Assembly (NCBI GenBank): GCA_016618085.1
Contig: JABLTG010000013.1
Coordinates: 124,001-188,000, forward strand
Direction of reading: 5' to 3'
Source of the DNA: Neovahlkampfia damariscottae
Lineage: Eukaryota
Length of the DNA stretch: 64,000 nucleotides
The notes beneath the pieces are model-generated. The model worked only from the letters and a program-made list of their open reading frames with translations, was not told the DNA's origin and made no database searches. Shown here one piece after another: positions 56,257 through 64,000 of the stretch (the first letter of the stretch is position 1; the number at the start of each line of letters is the position of its first letter). The position numbers and the translations under genes are program-made.

Positions 56257-59200
56257 ATGGGAGAACCTTCTTCTGTTGAAGACCATGTTATACCAGAATT
56301 AATAAACATCTGGAATAACTATAGAAATAGTTATACAACAATAGTAACTTATATTATTCTAAATGAAAAAAAAGGAAAAAGAATCTTTATTGTTTTCCTT
56401 CACGAAAACTATTACAGAAGAAGCTCTCTCCACACCAAATATACACCAGATATTTCAGTTGAATAGGTAAAATATTGATTTTTTATAAACTTAAATCTCA
56501 GTGATATACCAACAAAAGAAATTATTTCTTGTCTTTCAGAAGAGTTTTTTATAATTGTTGGAAAATATAAAAAACATCAAATTGAAAATGACGATAATTA
56601 TTCTTTAATACAGACACTTTCTTTATTCATTGAAGTAAAAAAAAAAATTAATTTTATTTTCTTTCAAGGATTCAACTTTTGTGGTGAAAAATTTTTCAAA
56701 TTATTTAGTCACTTGTTTATATTTATTGAAAGATAAAGGGGTTTCATATCCTGTTGATTCAAAATTTATTAAAAATTCAAAAATCAAAGAAAGATCTTTT
56801 GGTGAATCACCTTCAAATTTAGATGAAGTTTATGATGAATTGATGAATATAATTCATTCTGGTCATACTTTATATGAAATTCCATCAAAAAAATTACCTA
56901 GAAAAACAACACTCCAAAAAACAGTTGGTTTCATTCCACCAAAGAAAAAAGAAATTAAAAGATCAACAATTCAAGTCAAATTACCAATGCAACATGGAAA
57001 AATAATAGTTGAATTTCATTTTGAAAATCGTGGTAGAAAACAAGTTATTAAATCTAATCAACCATCACGTCGAAGTCGAAAAAATACAACTTTTTTTGAA
57101 ATAGCAGAAATTGATGAAGAAAGAAAGATACTTGAAAATAATGAAAAAATTGAAACAAAACCATCAGAATATGTTAATTTGACAGATAGTTTAATTTTTA
57201 ATGATTCCAAAAATTTAAGAGTAAAGGAGAATGAATTAGATGCAAAAATGAATGAAATTGATTTGAAGATGAATACAAATTTTACATATTTTCCGTTTGA
57301 ACATTCAATAATGAACAGAACAAATCAACCAACAATTATAATTTTAAGTTCAATTTTAAATAATATTTCAAATAATAAGTCAACATTTGAAGAATTATTT
57401 ATTGAATCATCTAATTGGATATTGATGATAAATGGTTTATTAAATTTAGGTAAAATTACAAAAATTGAAGATTTTGAATTATTTGTTCATTTTTCGAATT
57501 TAATTACAAAATCATTTTCAAATTCATTTTCATTCGTCAATCGATTAGATTTTTCAAAAGAAGATAAAGAGATAATACCGTTCATTTTAAAAACTATAAA
57601 ACAAGGAGTTAAATTATTAAAAGAAAATGAAAAATGTTATGATTCAAATTTATTTAGATTATCTTTATTATATTTATCTGAAATTTTAATTTTAATAATT
57701 TTTGATTCTTTAAATTATTCAAGTTTTTCATTAGAATTATTTGAAGAATCATCTGGATATGATGTTTTATATTTATTATTTATGGTAATTTCAAGATGGT
57801 CAGAAAGTTCTTCTGAAGAAAATATTTTAATTTTTGAAAAACAAAAAATGATTTTAATTTTAAAATGTATGACTTTAATGACTAAAAATATAACAAATTA
57901 TTCAAAAATTAAAAGTTTTGAAAAAATCAAAAAAATACCATTTGATGTCTTACCAGTATATCAAGATATCAATTCAGATATATTTCCAATTTTATTAGAA
58001 ATATTTAATAATTCAAATATGAATCTTTTAAATGGAAATTTTGAAAAAAATTATTGTTTTAAATTTGAAATATTAAAGATTATTATTGATATTATAAATG
58101 AATATGAATTTCAATATTTTCAAAATTTAGCAAAATATAAACCATTTTGGATTATCAGAAAAAGTTTTTCAGAAATTTCACCAAAAATGCAAGAAATGAT
58201 TATTTGTTCAATGGAGAATTTTATGAATTTCTTTTCAGAAATATATCCAGAAAATCAAGATTTAAAGAATTCACTGAAAAAATCAAACTCAAAAAGAACA
58301 ATAATTTCAAAAGAAAAACCTAAACTTGAATGGATTCAAATATTGTGTAGAGATACAAAACAATATTGTTCTTTGTTAGAAATTTCTTCTATTTCACCAA
58401 ATTCTGTTTTAAGAATTTGTTCACATGTTAAATCTTTATTAAGAAGAACAGATGATCCAATTTTAATAAAATCAACAAAAATATTATTTAGAGAATCAGG
58501 TATGACAGAATCACTGTTAAATTCTTTAAATGTCACATTAAAAGAAAGAAATCATGAAATTATGTCTGAATTATTAGATATATTATTTTTATATTTAAGT
58601 GAAGATTTAAAAAATCATCATCGTTTATTAAGTCATGATATTGGTGTAAATACATTATATGATTTATTATATGATGAAAAATTGATTGTAAAATCATTAA
58701 AGATTTTAAGATTAATTTCAATAAATGATACAGAACAAGAGTTTTCAATAATTTCTGATTTAATATCTATATTATCAAATATTAAATTGAATCAAGTTGA
58801 AAGAACTACACCTTTACTCAAACTTTGTGATTTAATTTTGAAATCTTTACAAACTATATTTAGATTAAATCCAAAAACAAAATCAACTTTTAGAAATCGT
58901 GGATTTGAATCATTATTATCAATTTTTGATTTTTTAACTTCTTATTCACAAAATGATCAATTTATTGAAAATAATGAAAAAGAAGGAAATGAAAAGGATT
59001 TGATTTTTATTGTTTTACAATCCATTTTAATGACATTATCATTGGCATTGGAGAATAATGATGTTAATAGAAGTCATTTTCAAGAAAATATTAAATTTCA
59101 TTCACTTTATCAACCATTAAATGAATTGAAATTTTTAAATGATAAAAAATATGGATTACATTTATGTTTGAATTTGTTACAATTATCATTAATAACACCT

Positions 59201-62200
59201 GATTTATATTTGATAAAATGTGAAAGAAATTCATTGGATGAAAATGATTCGAAAGAATTTTTAGAAAATATAAAAAGGGGTGTGTTTTTATTTCAAAATC
59301 CAGAAGTCATTTGTGATGTTTTATTAATTTTAATTGCAAATAATCTTTCTGATATTGATATTGAAATTTCAGAATTTGTATTTGAAGTGATTTCAATTTT
59401 AGTTTCAAAATTTGCATCAAACAGAACTTCAATTTTCAATGCTGGTTTTAATAGAGTGATTCTAAGTAATTTTAAAGAAGTCATTATTGACAAAAATCAT
59501 GATTTACAATTGAAACTTTTGAATTTATTTATTGAAGTCGCTTCTTTTCATTTTTCAATTTTAGATTTACAAAATTTCTTTTCTTTATTGTCAGATGGAA
59601 AGTATCCAGATAATTTTTTATCTGCATTATTAGATTTATCAAAAGACAAATATTCACCAAATAATTATATTGATTTCCTACCATTATCATATCAACAAAA
59701 TTCAACAAATGAAATGAAAAAAAGAAATGATCGTATTATACCTCATATTTTATTTCCAAATCTTTCATTTACTCCTTTTCCTCCATTGAAAGGATACACT
59801 ATTTTAAGTTGGATTAAAATTGAAGGATTTGCTTTTGATTATTTTGAAAGACATCCAAAAAATAAACCAGGAGTTATTTCAAGTACACAACACAATAAGA
59901 GATTGGAAGATGTTGGAATTTATATTTTCAGTTTTTGTGCTGATGATAGAAAATTTATCGTTGAAGGATTCATTACAAAAGATATGTATTTTGCTTTGAA
60001 AATAATTGAAGATATGGGAAAGGATTTTAGTATTTCTGCAAAACAAGAAATTTTGACTTTCAAAAATTTTAAATTCAAAAAAGGAAAGTGGTATTCCATT
60101 GGTTTTTCACATTCTCAAGTTCCAGAAAAAAATGGAATTAAACATATTTTTGGGTTATTTGTTAATGGAAAATTTAAAGAAGAAATGACAATCAGTTTAA
60201 AAGAAGATACAGGTTTATCATCATTTTTAAGTAATTATTTCATGAAATATCCACGTTTGCAAACTATTTGTTTGGGATCTTCATGGACATCTTATGTTTT
60301 AAAAGGAAAGAAAGTCAAAGAAACATCAAAAGTTACAAACATATTCTCTTCCTTTCAACTTGGAAATGTTCATATGATTGAAGGTGTCTTATCAGAATTG
60401 GAAATTTATACAATTTATCATTTAGGTCCAAATTATATTGGTAGTTTTCAAGAACAAGATTTAACAAAATTCTTTTCACAAGATGTTGTAAATCCTTCTT
60501 CAGTTTCAAAATTCCCAAAATTTGTATCTGATGTGATGAATGATTCAGTTAAAATTTCATTAAACTTACATGAACATGTACTTTTTATCTTTTCTGCAAA
60601 AGGTGGTATTTTATCTTCCAGATTTGCACCACTGCCAAAAATTTTTGAAAAACTAGACGAAACAAAAACAACAGCAAAGAAATTATTTTTGGATGGGAAT
60701 ATTGATTTTCAAGAAGCTGATTTCATTGGATCAAATTTTTCAAAAGTGAACCAAAGAAGTGGTTATGGTATTTTAGGTTATGATGATGATGAATTTAAAA
60801 ACTTATCTTCCATGTATAACTTCAGGGATCCATTGATCTTTCAAAAATATGGTAGTTTCATACCAATTCAAACAATTATCAATGGAAGTGTTGATATTGT
60901 TTCAAATACTACTTTTAAGAATAATCTCTATGGGATTGGTGGAGTATCATCTATTCTCTCTTTATTAAGTACTGTTCAAACAACACCAAGAAAAATTAAA
61001 ATTATTCAAATTTTATCATTTTTGTTGAGATACAATTCAACAAATTATAATGATATGAAGAAAATTAATGGCTATGATGTAATGAATCATATAATGAGAG
61101 GAAAAAAATTTGAAGTTAAATCATCAGTTTTGGCTGCAACTTTAATGTTACTAGGTTTAAGAATACCAATTGAATCTTGTGATAATGAAAAATTTGATAT
61201 TGTAAATTCACAAGGTTGTTTAACAGATAAACAATCATTTGAATTTTTAATTTTAGATTATTCAATTTGGAAAAGATCACCTTTGGAAACACAAAAAAAA
61301 TTATTTGAAACTATTTTATATTTAGTTAGAGATCATCCATTCTCTTCTCATCAAATTACAACATATCGTTCAATTGATATTATAGATAAAATTTTAGACA
61401 TACTTTTGCCATATACAACCAATCAAGATGATGAAAATGAAGAAAATATTTGGCCACGTGTTTTGATCAAACCAACAGTTGAAATTTTAAGATCTGTTTT
61501 ACCACAACCATCAAGAATAAGAAATTTATTACCAATTTTCAAATTCATTATTGCAACACATCCTTCATCAAAAGATTCAAAAATTAATTTTGGTCAAAAG
61601 AGTCAACAATTACTTTCAGAACCAAGAAGATCAATTATTGAATTAGTTTATGATATTTTAGAATCTTTAAGTGATGAAATATTAGATGAAATGTATTCTA
61701 GTTTTCAAATTAATGTGATTATTGGATTATTAGAACATCATTCTGCTCCTACAAGATTAGAACTTTTGAAAATATTATTTCTATTTTTAAATAGAAGAGA
61801 TAATCTTAAAGATGTATTCAACAGAACGGATGGATTAAAATTATTAACAAATCAATTGATTAAATTTCCTCCATCAATTCCAGAATTACAAATATTATTT
61901 GATATGTTAGTTGGTAAAAAATATGAAGAAAATTCAAGTCAACAAAATTCAACACCATTACCACCAAAAGATTTAAATTTTTCATCTGATGATGAAGATG
62001 AAATTAAAACTTTTTCATCAACAAGACAAAAGAAAAATTCAAAAATTGAATCATTCAAAAAACCAAAAACTGTAAAAAGTTTAACAATTGATAAAAAGAG
62101 TTATACAGCAGATGATTTTAAGAACCCAGAATTTTTAACTTTGATATTGAAATTGATTCCATCAATAAAATCAATTAAAGATAAAATGCATGTAACTCAA

Positions 62201-64000
62201 ACATTACAAGATTTATTCAGATATGGAGGACCTAAAACAAAATTATCATTCATTAATTTAGGTACTCACAGATATTTGATAAAATGTCTATGGAATGATG
62301 TTGTTCAAGGTGACAATGAATATATGAATATCATTTTAGATTTCTTAATTAAATATATTTGTTTTGCTATTGATAGTTCAAACAAACAATTTTTAGATTT
62401 ATTGAGTGAAATAATTGATTCATTTTACTTTTTAGAATGTTATTCAACAATATTTAATCATAATTTACAAAGATACGTTTTAAATGGTATTTTAACATAT
62501 TTTCAACAAAATTATCTTTTGGATACAAAGAAACCACTTAATACAAAATGGGGTGTTTCATTTGCAAGATTTTGTACTTGTGCAGTTGATCATATTTTAC
62601 AATGGTTTAAATTACCATCATCTGCACCTACTTTTGAAAGTTCTTCAAATTCATTTTCAGATGATATTTCAATGAATCCAGATGAATCAGATTTTTCGGA
62701 TTCAAAATCTACATCATCTTCAAATAAACGAAAAAATCAAAAAGATCAAATTGATATTTCAACTGAAACAAATTTATACACATCTTTTAATTTAGTGAAT
62801 TATAAACCTAAATTTTTGGATAGAGATTTGAGAAATATGAGTTTTGGAAAAGATATTCCAAAAATTAAAGATTTAAAATTTCTACCTGATACTCCAAAAG
62901 GAAAGAAAAATAGAAAACAAAATGAAATTTATTTGAAAATGTTAGATGCATATGAAGAACAACTTGAAGGTATACACATTGAATCAGAAAAATTATTCAT
63001 TTATAAAATACATGAAATTTCAGGATTTACATTTTGGTTATTGGAATCAATGAAATTATATAATACATTATCTAATGTTAGGGCATCAATTGAATTCTTC
63101 AGTTCAAATACAACTGATATCATTTTGGCAACTCAAATTAAAAGATTAATTTTAGATTTATTAAATGAACATCGAACAGTTGAAGAAAATTATTTTGCAT
63201 TGTTAAATTTATTATACACTTATCCAACTTCAGTTGTTGATGAAGCAAATTATTCACAACAAGATTTGAGAAATTTTTGTACTGATCAAGTTTTTATCAC
63301 AAAATTGATCACCAAATCAATTCATCATTTCACAAAAAAGGATTTATTACTTCAATCTTTGACAAATCAAATTTGGTCTACAATCATTATCTATTCACAA
63401 AGTTATTTGAGAGATATCTTTCCTCTTGCAAAACTTGGAATTAATCCTCAAGATAAAGATTTTATTGAAACAATGATCAATATTATTTCAATGAATTATG
63501 ATTATAGATATATTGTATTTGAAAATGCAGTAGCAACTAAAACTCAAAAATGGAATGAAAATGAATTTCAAGAAATTCAAACCAAACTCTTAAATACTTT
63601 CAAATCTTATAATTCAAAGGAATCTGAAGAAAAAGAAATTGATAAGAAGGCATCAATGACACTGATAACTTACTGTGAAAAATTAGGAGAAAAACAGACT
63701 CAATTTTTGTATCCTTTCATAACAACAAAAGCAGCTCGAATTGAAAAAGAAAATTTAGCATCTTTAAAATTTACCAAAATCTTAAAAAACTTTTTATCTG
63801 AAAGAAGTATTTCAAATTCATATCATTTTTCATTCAAGTTAAAAACTCAACAAGAAGAATTCTTGAAAAATATGTTAGTTGATTATACAGTTGATACTTC
63901 AAAAACATGTTGGAAACTTGATTCAACAGAAGGACCACATAGAATGAGAAGTAAAATTATTAAAAGAGAAATTATTGAAACAACTCCTCAACAAAAAGTT
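56257..64000 (+). CDS. Large BEACH-family (Lvs/neurobeachin/WDFY-like) protein, 3'-truncated
   Basis: Short 5' exons, then one very long apparently open exon from ~56735 to the window end. Contains ARM-like helices, a ConA/LamG-like domain (GYTILSWIKIE..WYSIGFSH..LFVNGK..IYHLGPNYIGSFQ) and WKLDSTEGPHRMRSK (63911-63955), which precedes PH-BEACH. Confidence 0.82.

Noticed and set aside
454..60518. Numerous 60-130 aa antisense or alternate-frame ORFs in the track
   Set aside because: They are shadows of real genes in AT-rich sequence, mostly starting at non-ATG codons and without motifs.
1..64000. Prokaryotic, organellar or giant-virus origin; alternative genetic code
   Set aside because: Spliceosomal introns, eukaryote-specific genes and CCA-less tRNAs are present. 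TAA and TGA end conserved genes at the expected positions, and conserved exons contain no in-frame stops.

Overview
Very AT-rich, gene-dense nuclear DNA from a microbial eukaryote. It uses the standard code, has many ~30-45 nt GT-AG introns, carries a CCAAT box just upstream of most start codons, and some convergent genes are only 2-4 nt apart. A free-living amoeba/flagellate such as a heterolobosean is my inference, not something the sequence proves. About 40 protein genes and 3 tRNA genes can be read. They include DPYD, YJU2, DD3-3-like, pfkB kinase, HBS1, GPCPD1, TerD-TerD-C2, a secreted DRGH nuclease, SCAI, PARP6/8-like, AGMO, APIP, TSC1-like, a degenerate RNase Z, TACO1, DUF789, a Gig2-like ART, 3R-MYB, SMCR8, RPL35A, EF-hand PIP5K, PRA1, MsrB, and a >7 kb BEACH-family gene running off the right end. 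The stand-out is a 443-aa intein with a two-motif LAGLIDADG homing endonuclease (nt 1574-2902) in dihydropyrimidine dehydrogenase. It is collinear with the yeast VMA1/PI-SceI (VDE) type and sits inside the C-terminal 4Fe-4S motif ([10 protein letters not shown]^CNDTG), so its +1 nucleophile is an Fe-S ligand cysteine. I do not know DPYD as an intein host, but only a database search can establish novelty. All family calls come from recalled motifs, not from searches.
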